Part shown: positions 27,155 to 43,002 of the stretch, piece by piece
Layout: each line of letters opens with the position of its first letter
How positions within the stretch are numbered: position 1 is the stretch's first letter
Origin: the human T2T-CHM13v2.0 reference genome, Homo sapiens
Length of the DNA stretch: 64,000 nt
Assembly: GCF_009914755.1 (NCBI RefSeq)
Contig: NC_060936.1
Strand: one strand, 5' to 3'
The notes under the pieces: model-generated
The model's input: only the letters and a program-made list of their open reading frames with translations
Databases searched by the model: none
Told to the model about the DNA's origin: nothing
Position numbers and translations under genes: made by a program

Positions 27155-28647
27155 CATAATAGTGATTTTTCAACATCAATGAGTATGTATGATATTCTCA
27201 TCAGTGCTAAATACTGATATCAGCTGTATTCGCTTAATTCTTTATTTACAAAACAACTTTTTAACTAGAAGATTTTCTCTTGTTTCCTAAGGTTTCAGGA
27301 ATGTAATGGTTCAAGGGGAAAAAACGCCAACCCAATAACACAGTACCAAAACTCTCTGTGATTTTACAATTGGATCATAAGGATACCTGTGGTATTTGAA
27401 AACCTAATTATAGTTATACCTCTTGGCATAATTATAAGCTCCTCTCCTTCCAGACACAAAAATTAAATGGTGAAATTTTTATGTACATACATAGCACCAA
27501 TGTGGAATAAACCCTGCTATTTCTCTACATGAAAAATAAATGTAATTGGGGTAAGTTGACATTTTCTAGAGAGGACATATAGGCTAGGAGATGCTGAAGC
27601 TGTTTCTTTCTCCCCTCAGAAACAAAACACTGTAATTGTGATTTGAATTAGAATGTACCATGCCAGGGACTGAGGCTTTCTTTAATGATAAAATACAATC
27701 TACGTAATGTTCTTCTGTGGAGAGAATTTGTGTTGACAGGTAAGTATTACACATGGACAACTTTACTCAAATGTTTTTAAAATGTACACCCAGAAGTTTT
27801 GTCTTTGTGTAAAATATATTACTGCTTTTTCGTCTTTGAAATGCCAAGGTTTTCCCCTGTGTTCCCAGATAGCAGTCAGTAATCCTGCACTTTAAATTCA
27901 AATTATTGGCTGGCTTAGATCCTGACTAAAAATTTGGGAGGAATAAAGGATCATGGATTTGCCTGAGGAAAGATGAGTTCACAAAACCTCAGGAATGAAT
28001 TAAATGCAAAATGAGTCTGTTTCTTTCGGTGGTTTGGATTTGGGGTTCTTTGTAGCAAAACCTCAAGGATTCTATCAGTTTGGATTTTGGAAATTAAATT
28101 AGATGGGACTAGTATTGTCTTTGAGAGAGACTTGTTGAGGACAGACTGAAGAGGAAAAGCTCAGGTGAACACATGATTTGCATCCAGTACATGTTGTAAA
28201 TTATTGGCATATTTTGGCTGTTCCTCAAAGCAGGACTGGCTGCATCTGTGCTTAGAGGTAAAACTAATAGAGGACCACATTTTGGTTCTTCCTGTGAGCT
28301 CAGTACTGTGTGAGTGAGTTACTTACATCAACACAGCCATACGAGTTGAGTATTATTATTACTTCTGTTTTAAGATGAGTAGATAGAGGTTGAGAGGGCT
28401 TGGGTAATTTGAAAGGGCACAAAGTCAGGATCTAAATCCAGCCCTCCTGGTCCAGAGGTTTATCCTTGTGATCCTGACCATTCTACCCCACAGGAGCTGC
28501 TGTTAGCTTTATTTCTCTGTTGTTGAAAACTAACTTAATATCCTATGTACTAAACTTTTTCTTTTAATAACACATAAAACTGGAAAACAAAAGTTCAGAA
28601 ATAATCACCTCACCTGAAGAGATGATTTTTTTGCTAGATTTTGTGTA

Positions 28648-29172
28648 TTGTGGAGGAATATTTTTCCTCTAACCTCTTAAGATCCTGAGGGCCTAAGAAT
28701 TAAAACAACAAAAGACAGAATAACAGAAAAAAGTCTGTGTGTAAGAAGCTTGCCAACTGGTTAAAGCCAGAGACATGTATACCTAACATAGTGGGGTATA
28801 GGGAGGGAATAGTGAGGAGAGAGAAAAGGCCTCTGGGAGGGACCACTGGGTTTCTTTATGGAAGGGGACGGGGTTTCTAGAGATAAGCAAGTTTGTTCTT
28901 GCAATTGTGAGTGGTCTTTTGGTCTTTCTGTCTTCTTCATGGTCACAAAAATCCCTGGAGAGGGGATTTATGGTAGGTTTACTCTTGGCCTCCTTTCTGG
29001 GGGTAAAAGCCACCTTAAGAGGAAAATTATGGCAGCCTCATTTTCTTTAAATTTCTGCTTCTAGTCCAGTAAAGGAAGCTCCAAGAAAGCTGCTTTTTGT
29101 GTCGGTTGAATCTCAAATATCTTTAGCTTAAAATAATCTTTATAACAACTATGGAGTTCTGAGTGGGTCTCT
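28648..29172 (-). mobile_element. ERV1 solo LTR (MER34-group-like)
   Basis: gttgaatctcaaatatctttagcttaaaataatc..gagttctgagtgggtc; subfamily uncertain. Confidence 0.55.
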
Positions 29173-29536
29173 CTGTAGGTGTTTTGATCTTCTATTTTGT
29201 ATCGTTGGATAAAATGTGTCATTTTCCTTGCCCTCAGAACCCTCTGATGGCGTCTCTTTTCCCTCAAAAGGAAATCAGTCTTTAAAATGGCACAGAAGTT
29301 ATGCATGGTCTCTCCTCTCCAGCTTCTCTGACCTCTCCTGATCATCTCAACCTTGTTCAGTTTGCTCCAGCCACAGCTGCCTGCTTTCGTTTCTGTAGTC
29401 CTCCGAGCACTCCTCTGCCTCTGCACATTTGCACTTGCTCTTCTCTCTGCTTGGGATGCTTTCCCCCAGAGAGCTGCAGAGCTCACTCATTTCCTTCACA
29501 GCCTTCCCTGGCTAACTTATATAAAGCAACAACACC

Positions 29537-29745
29537 AGGCTGGGCAACATAGTGATAGCCCATCTGTACAAAAAAAAATTAAAATTAAAAATTAGCTGGG
29601 CATGTGGTGTGTGCCTGTAGTCTCAGCTACTTGGGAGATTGAAGTGGGAGGTTCACTTGAGCCCAGGAGTTGGAGGATGCAGTGAGCCGTGATTGCCACA
29701 GCACTCCAGTCTGGGCAACAGAGTGGTACCCTGTCTTAATCAAAT
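29537..29745 (+). mobile_element. 5'-truncated AluJ inside an L2 relic
   Basis: Right monomer plus part of the left monomer. Confidence 0.8.
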
Positions 29746-30647
29746 AGTTAATCAACAAAATGAACTAGCGACCCTCCTCTCTGAGCTCTCTTTTTCCCAA
29801 CTCTGCATTGTTCTCTCCATAGTATCACTGTCTCTTGTATTTTCACTTGTTTATTTATTTATTTGCTGTTCCTAGGCAGTGACTGTATTTTGTTTATTGC
29901 TATATCCTCAGCAACTAGATGAGTGTCTGGCACATAGAAGATGCTCCATAAATATTTGTTGAATAAAAGAAAGAAGTGAAAATGTGTGAAATCTACACAG
30001 ACATGCCTGTGCACACACAAACATGCACAATATCATACATGGTATTATGTAGCCTGCTTTGCATTATATCAGGACTAATATTACATTGTATGGCTATTTT
30101 TGTAATTTTTACAATTATTAAGATTTTTGACAGTATAAATTATCTTGGTAAAAGTTATTGAGATTTAATTGGAGCTACATAATTTGTTAACCTGGGCTTG
30201 TCCTGTAAATGTTAGTTGGCCATGATTTTATTTTTTCCTTTATCTTTAATTTACAAAGCCAGTTAGTTGATAATCCTGTTAGCAACTTTAAACATCAATA
30301 TTCCCTACTCCCATTACTACTAAGTCACTCTTTTTAAAGGTCATTATTGTGCCATACTTTTAGAAATATTAAAGAAAATGAGCTTTTTAGACTGCTAAAA
30401 CTGGGTTTAATTCTGATTCTCCCATTGCCAGCTCTTGTGTTCCTGGGCAAGTTATTTGACTTCTGAACCGCAATGTTGTTGGTTGTTAAGATGGTTATGA
30501 TAATATTTAACAGAGTCATTTGCAGATTTAATTGAAATAATTCATATAAAAGCAGTGCCAGTTCATGGTTATACCCTGAAAAATAACTGCCAGGCAGATT
30601 GGAATACTTGAATCTCTATTTTTTAACCTCAGAATATAAATGGATAT

Positions 30648-31371
<724 letters not shown>

Positions 31372-31404
31372 TCATGGATCCTGGTGGCACTACTCCCTCC
31401 TTAG

Positions 31405-31862
<458 letters not shown>

Positions 31863-32857
31863 ATGCTTACCTTTTTACATGAATTCAACCTGTGAGACAG
31901 TGAGAAATTACTTAACTTTGAACTTTTGGTCTTTCTTCTTCAAAACTTGAGATAATATATACAGTCCTCTGCATGTAAGAAGACAGAATGAGTGTACTTT
32001 TTATCTCCAAATTTGTATGTAAGGATATTTGAAAGGGAGTCAAGTGTGTAGTTTAGAAATAGTCTTCTTAAACATTCACATAGCTCCTTTCACAAAAATA
32101 AAATTCTCTGAGCCCTTTTCATTATGATTTACCAAGTCTGGTCTTGTTTTCACTGTTGTCATTGTTGTTGTTTAAAGAAAATTCTTTTCTAGTTGATTTC
32201 TGGAAGTCGAATGGCAGGGAGATGAAGGTACCTTAAAGGTAAATTTTTGCATGACTAACTTGTCCCTCTTGTGCTAATTATACGTGCTTTCACTTTTCTC
32301 CAACAGTCTCCAAGTTCATCTTCCCTCTGGCCTTTGATGTGTGTCTGTCAGCTAATATTTTTATACAGGTAATATTTTCGAGTTCCTGCCAGAAGAATTC
32401 CAGGGAAAACTTTCTCATCTTGCTTTCCGGGTCTCTCCTGCCTCTCTCCCTCCCTCTTCCTAATCTGCTCTTTGTTCTCATGGCGTCCTCTCCTATTTTC
32501 CCAGGCTGCCAGCCCCTTTGACTCCCCGTCAAGGCCAGGTGCTGGCCAGTCACCTCACCGAGGACCCCGGTGGTCCCCAGAACCCTTTGTCTTCCTGTCT
32601 TATGCCATGACTGCCCTGTGACCGCTGCTTCCAGGCTGTAGGGCACTGCTAGAAAAAATGATGAATCACTGCTGTCTCTTCAGCAGACTAATTAATAGAC
32701 AGCAGTCCTTTGATTCTTCATCTCCTGTTGACTTCCCAACCCATTTCCTTCAGTAGCTCTTAGAATGCTTTTTACACAGTTTGTAAGTCCCAGTCTGCAG
32801 TCTCCACTCAATCTCTAAGGATGACATCACTACCTTATTTTATTGAGAAGATCTGGG

Positions 32858-33135
32858 TCAGGGGACACAATTCAAATGTCAACAGGGGCCATCGAAATTA
32901 TTGAAATGAAAGGGGTGTTAGGCAGGGGCTGTTGTAGACTTGCAGGAGGCTGGCCTTGCCCAAGGAGGGGCAGCACTCATTGGAGTCCGGGGAAAGCTGG
33001 GCTCAGTATTGCCCCATCTTCTGTTTTCTCTAGAAAAATCAAATATCTGGTTTTCTAGTGAAATCTCTACATGTTGAAGTCACATTTTTGGAAATACTGT
33101 GTGGGCTAGAACAAAACACATCTGGGAGCTAGTCA
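32858..33135 (-). mobile_element. MER102-like (hAT-Charlie) DNA transposon
   Basis: aattcaaatgtcaacaggggcc..tgaaatctc..ctgtgtgggctagaacaaaacacatctg. Confidence 0.6.
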
Positions 33136-34799
33136 TCTTGATTCTAGGGCTTCTCTTTCTTTTTTCACCTCACCATATTTCTCTATATTCATTTGCCAGC
33201 ATTTCTTTGTCTCCAGGGTCACTTCTTTTCCTTCCTGTCTCACATGTCCAGTTGTTTTCTCTCTACCTTTTATCTGCATAAAAACATTCAGGATGTCCCC
33301 CTTCCTAAGCACATAGCTAATGACTCCTCCTTCTGTGCTACTCCCCGTGTCCCGTCTTTTCTTCGTTCTTTCATACTGAGTTTATAAACAGTGAAGGGGT
33401 CTACGTTCATTGCTCTTACTTCTTCACTCCTTTTAACACCTACAGTCGTTTGTCTTCACGACTTCTCTGAAGCTGTCTCATTCCCTGGACCCTATGATTG
33501 TACTAACCCGAATTTTCGTCTCTGAACACTACTTGGCCGTCTGTTTTCACCAGCTCATCTTGCTACATCCTAACCATGTTATTTCTCCATCTTACTCACT
33601 TTTCCTTCTTAAATAGCCCCCATAACTACCCTTAATTATAAGTTATTTTTTCCTGGTCTTTCCTAGTATTTCATCTGCCCATCTCATGTGACAGCCATAC
33701 CATATTATGTTAGATTACATTATAGGTCATTAATATGCTTCTCCTAATGGATCATGAAATTTTTTTTTCCCAGAAAGAGACTTTACCTTATTATTAAGTT
33801 TTTTTGGTTCCCTATACCATGTAGCCCAGTGGTAGGTATCGAATACATTTTTTAAATGATAACTTTCACATTATTAGTAATTAAAACCTAAGACCATAGG
33901 ATACCTCTGATACCGCCACCACCAAGCCCAGCAGATTAGAACTTATGAAGGTTTTTTTGCCACATGCTAGGTTTGGCCCATGATAGTCAAAGAAAAAACT
34001 TTGTCTCTCACTTGAATGCTTCTTCCACAGAAGATTAGCTCTGTGATTGTATTCCAGGACAGCTGACTCCACCTGCTGTTCGCAAAATATGGAAAGTATA
34101 TTATTTGCATAGCAAGGATGGGTTTTCTTCAGAAGTACTGTTCTAGACAGAAATTGGTAAAAACTCAAGTGAATCAAAAGCCTTTAGGATAAAACCCCAT
34201 TTAGAATAGTGATGGGGGACAGGGGTGAAGAAAAGAGGTAGTCCCTCAAAGTTAAGCTTTAGTTTGAGGAGGAGATTTTAACTTTTAATTACGGATAACA
34301 ACTACTAAAAATGGATAATAATGAGGACTTTTGGGGCAGTGGGTGAGGGCTTATTGTTTGCTAAGCTCTCTATGTGAATTACATCACTTAATTCTCACAC
34401 AGTAAGTGGGAATTATGGAATCTCCATTTTATAGATGAGGACCCTGAAGCACAGAGAAGTTAAGTCAGCTTGTTTAAGGCCACACGGTCAGCAAGTACTG
34501 GAGCTGGGATTCAGCCAAATCCCAGAGCCCATCCTACTAACCGCTCTGTACCAGAAAAGGGAGTTGAGGAGGGAAAGAAAGGATCAGTCTGGAACATCTG
34601 TTTCCTACCCCTGTTACTAGGATCTAAATACTACTTTATAATAAGTCTGTTCCTGCCCCAAAGGCAATTTTGTGGCACCTTTGCACATTGTGCCTCAGTT
34701 TATCTTCCATATTACTCTGTGTTAGCAGAAGAGGAAAGCACACTGGTTTTGTTCTGTCTGTCTTTCTAATCTATATCAATAAAGGGCAGAATATCAATA

Positions 34800-35400
34800 A
34801 GGAAAAATTAACCTACGTGAATTTTAAAGGTGAACTGGAATGTATTAAATTGTACCTGCAAATACAATTCAGACCATGGGGTGCTCTACAGGCCCAATAA
34901 CTCAGGTTCTTCAGTGAATAACTTGGAAGGAAAAAGAAAAAAGATGAAGAAGGAACCTGTAGATTGAAACATTGTTTAAAGATCTATCAACCAACCACAG
35001 TGGTGGGTCCTAATGAAACCCTAATTTAAACAAATGGTTTTTAGATACAACTTTTATAAAATAATTGGGAATGTGATCACTGACTAGAAATGGGGTGATG
35101 CTGGCATAGAAATTCTTCTCCCTAGCAATAGGAATTATTGCTAATTTGGGGGAATATGATAATAGTCTTACAATTACCTTTTAGACATATGTACTAAAAT
35201 ATTCATGGAACAAATGATAGGATTTCTTGGATTTGCTGCAAGATAATATGGGAGTGTGGGTGGTGGGAGGATAGATGGAACCAGATTGGCATGGGTGGTG
35301 ATTATTGAAGCTGGTCATGGGTACTTGGCACTTCATTGTCTTAATCTACTTATGTTGGTACATCTTTGACATTTTCCATAATGAAAGTTTCAGGAAAAAA
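34800..35400 (+). mobile_element. Old L1M 3' fragment
   Basis: ggatttgctgcaagataat..attgaagctggtcatgggtac..attttccataatgaaag. Confidence 0.55.
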
Positions 35401-35604
35401 AATAAACTGGTAAATCCAACTTAAGCAATAAATTAATTTAAAACTTAAAATACTTAAGGTATTTTAAAGTCTGGAAAGGTTGTTTGGTCTCAGTGAAGTT
35501 TAATCCTGGCTCAGCATTCAGATCAAGTAGATATTGTCGGGACACTGATTGAAACCCAAGATAAGTTTATATCCCATATCATTAAGGAGACATTCTGGAC
35601 TTAA

Positions 35605-35731
35605 AAAAGTTTAAGAGGTGGGGTATTGCTATGTTGCCCAGGCTGGCCTCAAACTCCTGGGCTCAAGCAATCCTCCTGCCTCAGCCTCCCAAGTAGATGG
35701 GATTGCAGGCTCTCACCACGGTGCCCAGCCA
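35605..35731 (-). mobile_element. FLAM (free left Alu monomer)
   Basis: Single Alu monomer. Confidence 0.8.
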
Positions 35732-37093
35732 CCAGACTTTTTAATTTTTAAGGGCAACGGGAAAAGAATAAAATTTGCCTTTAATCTAACTCATCTTTCC
35801 TCTTAAGAGACTACATGGCATGGACCCATAGTGGCCTCAAAAAGTTACAGCCCTTGATGGTGTTGTGAAGAAGAAGGGTCATGGGATCTCATAAGAAAGA
35901 GAAGTTGTCATTAATGCTGGTCAGGCAGTTAGGCAAATGTAGCCACAGTAATCTTAGAAGTTATTTTTTCATGTTTTCTGGTTCATTAGGGAGATTTTGC
36001 TTTTAATCTCAAAAAGTACTGCTGTATTCTTTTTTGTATTGGTTGACTATTTAAAAATCAAAGTTTGCAGGGGAGAGTGTTCTTAAGTGATATATTAAGC
36101 TTAGGATAGTGTGTTTAATTACTGATTTCTGTAGAAGTTAAGAATGCCAGTGTTACATCTTTCTTCACCAAGCCCATCTCATTCAGCTTCCAACTGTGTA
36201 AGGATGAGGGATGGAAGTGGAGGGGCCTTGTTTTGCTTTGGAAGCAGATATGATGCCAGGATGTTCTCAATCACGGAGTGCTTGTGGGTGTAGTGGGTCA
36301 CTTAACAGAGCCGGCTTCCCTAGCCAGCCTTCTCCTTCCAGCCTATCCCAGACTTCTCCCGTCTTCTAGAAACTTCCTTCCTAAAATTATTTAATGGCTT
36401 TGCTTCCATGACCTGTGTTCTTTCCCAGTGAATTTATCAATAACCCATCTTGTTGCTGACCACTTTTAAACAGATGAAGTTCAACCATGAATGAACCCAG
36501 GGATTTTTGCTAAACTTTCTGGACCTGTTTTTCCAACTACATTGTATATGTATTCACCAAGAGGTTCCATAGGCTTTTTGAACTCAAATGTGATAAAAAT
36601 TTAATTATGCACCCCCTGCCACTTTATTTTATGTCTTCTGAATTCTCTGTTACCACAGAGAAAAAGGTCAGAAACCAGAGTCATAGAGTCATCAGTGATG
36701 TCTGCTTCTTCATGCCCCAACTGAATCCCCTAAATGCTTTTCTCAGTTTTACTCTTCCCTGCATTCTCACTGCTAGTTCATGGCCCTGAAACCATAATTG
36801 CATCCCCTGCCTCCAAATTCATCCTCTGGTGTGGTCTCCAGAATGATCTTTTTGAAATTCTAATTTGATGTTGATTTTTCTCCCGCTTTAAAGCCTTCTG
36901 CAGTGGGCTCTGAACCTTTTTCATCAGGGTACTGCTGTCATCAAACTTGTGAGCATCTCCTTCAGTATGTATATTTATTATAAATAATACACACATTATT
37001 GCACTGATATATTAAATACTGTAAACACACCTACAAAGTAGAAGTCTCGTATTATCTTTCATACAACACAAATAGTTGTATGGCTATACATAA

Positions 37094-37557
<464 letters not shown>

Positions 37558-38370
37558 TACATTTTATACAGTTTCCAAGTTTAGATATTTTAGATCCTGT
37601 TCTCCATGGTCTTTAGCATTATAGCCTTGATAATTTCTTAATTTTATTGCTTTGACTTCCCCAAATTAATTAAACCATTTACCATCCCTCTAATAATGGA
37701 TATTCAGATATTTCCAATTACTTATTGTTATTTAGAGTTCTACAACATCGCCACCGGTGAGAGTTAGGATTTTTTGTGTGTTTTGGTATATGTAAAATGG
37801 TAACTCATGGCTGTTTAATATGCATTTTTGGTTACCATTGCAGATGAAATTTTCACCATATATTTATTTTCTTTCCCAATAAGACTAGGATTTCAATTTT
37901 TTTCTTAAAATATATACACTTAAATAAAGTTGTATTTTACATACTATATAGTAATCATTCCTTTATCGAATATGCAGTTCTGTTAGCTTCCCTAATAATA
38001 AAATAGCTGGATACTATTCTGCCTATTTGTTGGATGAGAAAACTTGAGGCTTAGCTAGGCTAAGTAACTTGACAGATCATATAGCTAAAAGTTGTGGACA
38101 TGGGGTATTAAAAGTCAGGCTGATTGATTTCAAATTCTACCCTCTAAGTCATCTTGCTTGCTTCCTTTGACAAAAACAATACCTAATGTTTATAATAAAA
38201 TTATAAAGTACAGATAAACAAAATGAAAAATTAAATCACATTTAATTAATCTGAAATCCTGCCACACAGTAACAACCACTGTCAACATGTTGTCATATGA
38301 TAGCATACCTCAGAGGGAGACACAAGACCCACTGACTGGGGGTGGGAAGGGTTTTGAAAAAATGTACATA

Positions 38371-38646
<276 letters not shown>

Positions 38647-41395
38647 TGTGCATATACCTCTCCTTTCATCTCCCCTCCCACATCTCTCTCTAATTAAAGA
38701 TGTTACTGGTAGTAGACTGCTCTGGGATCTGTGATGAAGGGGAAGAAGAAAGTGTTGAAAACCATATTCTTCCTGACTTTTATGTGTGTGTATATTTATG
38801 AAAAAGCAGATCCTTTAGTATATTATGAGGGTCCTTCTGTGTCATGAATTATTGGTAACCACTCCTGTAACCTGGTTCTGCTTAATATTCTGATGGATGT
38901 ACCTCAGTGTACAAACATTGGATTGTTTCCATTTTTTAATTATAAATATTATAACATTCTTGTGAAAGGAGTATATATTCATCGTTGCTCATTTTTCCAG
39001 GTTTTTCTTGTAAGTCTAATAAATGTAGAATGAAGGGCCAAAGGCTATTATATTTTTAGGGCTTTTGATGAGCATTGTCAATTGCCAATTTACCCACTGA
39101 AAAAGCATGTATCAGTCTGGTCCGTGGTAAAATGAGAGGGAAAATGGGGGAGGAGATGAACCCACCAATCCATTTTTTTTTCCCTCAAACACACATGATG
39201 CAGAGAACATGGTTGTAATCTGACAATGAAAATGTGCCTATTCCATGTGGGGCATTTTATGGGAAAGAGTCTCTACTGTTCTTGCTGGGTCAGTAATGAT
39301 AGAATTCATAATGAGCCAACCCACTTTTCAGACCTATGATGACCTCACTGGGGTGTGTTAGTTCCTGCAGTTCTACCGACATGATAAAGTGTTATATACC
39401 AGTGGGCTGAAGTCATTGTTTTTATTCAATCACTATACAAATTTCACATTAGTTCAGAATGGCCTTTCACAATGCTTGTGGGATCTCAGTGGTTTGACTT
39501 CATATTTTTTGAGTGATATTTGCAGTAACACATTGGTTAGTGATTTAGTGGAAATACTTGATTTTACAGGATTTCTTAGGTATGGGTGCCTGAATTTTGA
39601 GAGTGGCGCAGTCATTTCTCTCACATTTTCAAAAAGATAGAACATATTTCAGGACATTTATAGAATGCTTTTTTCCTCTGAGGACATGATGACTGACTGT
39701 AATCCGCAATCTCTGATTTCTACCCTGATGCTTCAAGAAATGTACAAATAATGAGAACATCTACTCTAAAGTTCTTGCCCCCAACTGAATTGAAACCCAC
39801 TGTTTAAATATATTGTTATGTAATTTTTATGCTATAATTCATATTTTTATATAGTTTTAATACATTGTTATGTAAATTTTGCACTTCAGTCCATATTATT
39901 CTCATATAAAATAAAGTTTTAAAGTATTTGCCACAAAGAAAAATTGGTATATAATTGGTATACCAGGAAGCTGAACCATGTTCTTTCCTTCACTAGGCTG
40001 CCAGTACAATCTCACACAGCATATTACTCTACATATGTTTACTTTTATATAAAACTTTATGGCAGACTTTAATCATTTCAGTCAATTCAGTCAAAATTTT
40101 CAAAGAATGACAACTTTTGAATTCCACAATTGCTCAGAATCTTTGAATTAGGATTTTACTGTGGAAAATAAAAATAATTTGGCAGTATTGGCAAAGAAAG
40201 CAAGCCATTACTAAACACTTCAAATATGATTGCAAAGCAACATGTTAATTTAAAAACATGTGGGCCTGTTTGATGTAATATGTCAATAGATATTGCAAAT
40301 ACTAAAATTTTGCAACCTCGAGGGAAATTGACTACATTGACTTTTATTTTGGCATGGAAAATGGGTTCACTGAGGACTTTGGGACATGGGATTATCAGAT
40401 TATTCATTGAGCTAGTATTTACAACACAGTGCTTAGTACTGTGGGAACACAGAAAAAACTGCACACTAAACCCTTTAAAGCATAAGGCATGAATCCCAAG
40501 CCCTCATCCATCCTTAGATTTGCAGATATACCATAACATGTAATTTCTTCATCTCTTTAATGTCTATTTATTTTATTGGCTAAGGGCTATCACTTTCTTG
40601 TACCACTTGATCTTCACTTTCATTGCTAGGACTGACCGCTGGCTTTTTTCTAACAATCCCACAAAGAAATAAGTTTGAAGTTTGCTCATAAGAGTTACTA
40701 GATAGTCAGAAAACAAAGCTTTCTTGGAATGCAGATGTTTATTGGTTGGCTGGGCTCCATGTAACTAACACAGCCCAAGCTTGTGATTTGAATTTGCTTC
40801 TCAGCTAAGTTAGCTCTACTTGTCAAGGACTCTTCATCTACAATTTGAAAATGCCAAGCATCTATTTGAAAGAATCTGTTATTTGAGAAACAATGTCTTA
40901 TTGAGAAAGCAAAACAGACTTTTGGAATATTTAAACAGTGAACATTAATACATGATTAAATACCTGAATGAATGGGTGGTGGAAATAGTAACGGGTGTTG
41001 GCAATGAGAGAAAAGGAAGACTACATAGGGACATAATATGAAAAGGCTTCATGATTTGGGCAAGATCTAAGAAGCCAAAACCATATTTGAGCCACAAATA
41101 TGGTTTTGAGTGTGTTGCTAGTATAGGTTTTGATATTGGTAGTAGAGGAGAAAATAGGGTCTTTAACAAAGGGTACAGAATGAGTATGGCCTCAGAAACA
41201 GGAGTAGATATGATATACTGAAGAAAAAGCCGGCCATCCTGGAGGCATGAAGACCAAACATGGAAGGAGATGAGGTTGGAAAAGTTAGAAAGACAAGATG
41301 TGGAAGGTCTTTAAAGTCAAACTCAAGGATCTAGACTTTACTCTGCAGACATTGAAAACCAGTTGGAGACTAGCGTGATTAAAAAGAAGGTTAAA

Positions 41396-41696
41396 AGCCG
41401 GCGGGTGCAGTGGCCCATGCCTGTAATCCCAGCATTTTGGGAGGCTGAGATGGAAGTACTACTTGAAACCAGGAGTTAGAAACCAGCCTGGGTTACAAAG
41501 TGAGACCTCATCAGTACAAAAAAATAAAATAATAAACTAGTCAAGCTTGCACACCTGTATTCCTAGCTACTCAGGAGACTGAAGCAAGAGGATTGCTGGA
41601 GCCCAGGCTTTCGAGGCTGTAGTGAGTTGTGATTGTACCACTGCACTCCAGCTTGGATGACAAAGTGAGACCCTGTCTCTTAAAAAAAAAAAAAAA
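41396..41696 (+). mobile_element. AluJ element
   Basis: Diverged Alu dimer with poly-A tail. Confidence 0.9.
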
Positions 41697-42404
41697 GCCC
41701 AAAACAACAAAAAGGTTAAGACCATCTCTGCACATGACTTGGTGATGAGTAATTTAGTGCTATGTTTTCTCTCGATTTATTTGGAATCATATAAACCTAT
41801 CTTTCAGTACAGAAGGGCACTGAGTCACATTTAGGTGACATATTTCCTCCCAAAATCCCAGAGAACTTCAGGAAGTGGTGGGGGTGATTCAGCAAGGGGA
41901 CATCTTCCTGACCATGTGATGGTTGTGGCTGGATAGAGCTCTTTTTGCCAGGCTATGAGAACAATCTTTCCGTAAAGTCTGTTGATGCTTACTCAACGTT
42001 TTCTCAGATGGAAACTTGGTGGGGGGTAAGACTAGATGGGAACAAACTTGGAAGATTTAGAGTCTCTCTGCTAAGTCTTCCTCCTGAAGCCTTTCTGAAG
42101 GGCCTGAACTTCCTGGAGAGGCCTTACTTACCAAGGAAAAGATAGATATTGGTCAGTTAGCTTGATTCTTTGATTACTTATGCTAAAAAATAAAGAATGA
42201 TAAGCTTTTATATTCCCAGTACCCCAAGATTAGCTCTAATCTTAGATGGGTCTTAAAAGTCCATGGAAGTCCATGTATAGTCTTATTTTTGGTATCTTAA
42301 CCTAAATTATGCAGAGGTATATTTTACTGGATTGACCTAACATAACTAACAGACCTTTTGAGATTTTATTTTGTATAATTTATAAAATGGAAAGTATTAT
42401 CAAC

Positions 42405-42640
42405 GTAGCATAAAGATTAAGAAATGAGCTCTGGAGCTGGACTGCCTGGGTTCTGGTCCTGATTTCTCCACTACTTAACCTTGGACAAGTTATTTAACCC
42501 CTCTGCCTTGATTATCTCATTTAGAAGGTGGAAATAATTTACTTCTTTCCTAGGATATTTGTCAGAATTAAATGAACAGATTTGTTGTTTATTTACTAAG
42601 AGCAAAGCTCTTAAAATATTCCCTGGTATATAAGTTCCCA
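42405..42640 (+). mobile_element. MIR SINE
   Basis: gctctggagctggactgcctgggttc..ccttggacaagttatttaacc core. Confidence 0.65.
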
Positions 42641-42787
42641 ACGAATATCACAATTAGTGTATCATAAATGAAAAAATTAAAGCAGTTAAAGGTTAAGTGA
42701 CTTAGGTAATTATCCAGCAACATGACTATACCAGGATTAGCATTTCTTATTTTAAGACAGTCTACTGAAGTAGCAGGTTTTTTAGAC

Positions 42788-43002
42788 CAGAGGTCAGCAA
42801 ATCTTTTCTTAAAAGGCCAGATATAAACATTTTATACTTGTGGATCTTATGGTCTCTGTTGCTACTACTCAACTCTGTTATTGTGTCTTGGAAAAATCAA
42901 CCACAGACAAAATGTAAATGTATGGGTGTGGCTGTGTTCCAATAAAATTTTATTTACAAAAACAGGTGGCAGACCCACATTTGGCCTTCTTACAGACCCT
43001 TG
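42788..43002 (+). mobile_element. MER58A (hAT-Charlie)
   Basis: cagaggtcagcaaa..gggtgtggctgtgttccaataaaa..; TSD (t/c)tttagac. Confidence 0.85.
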
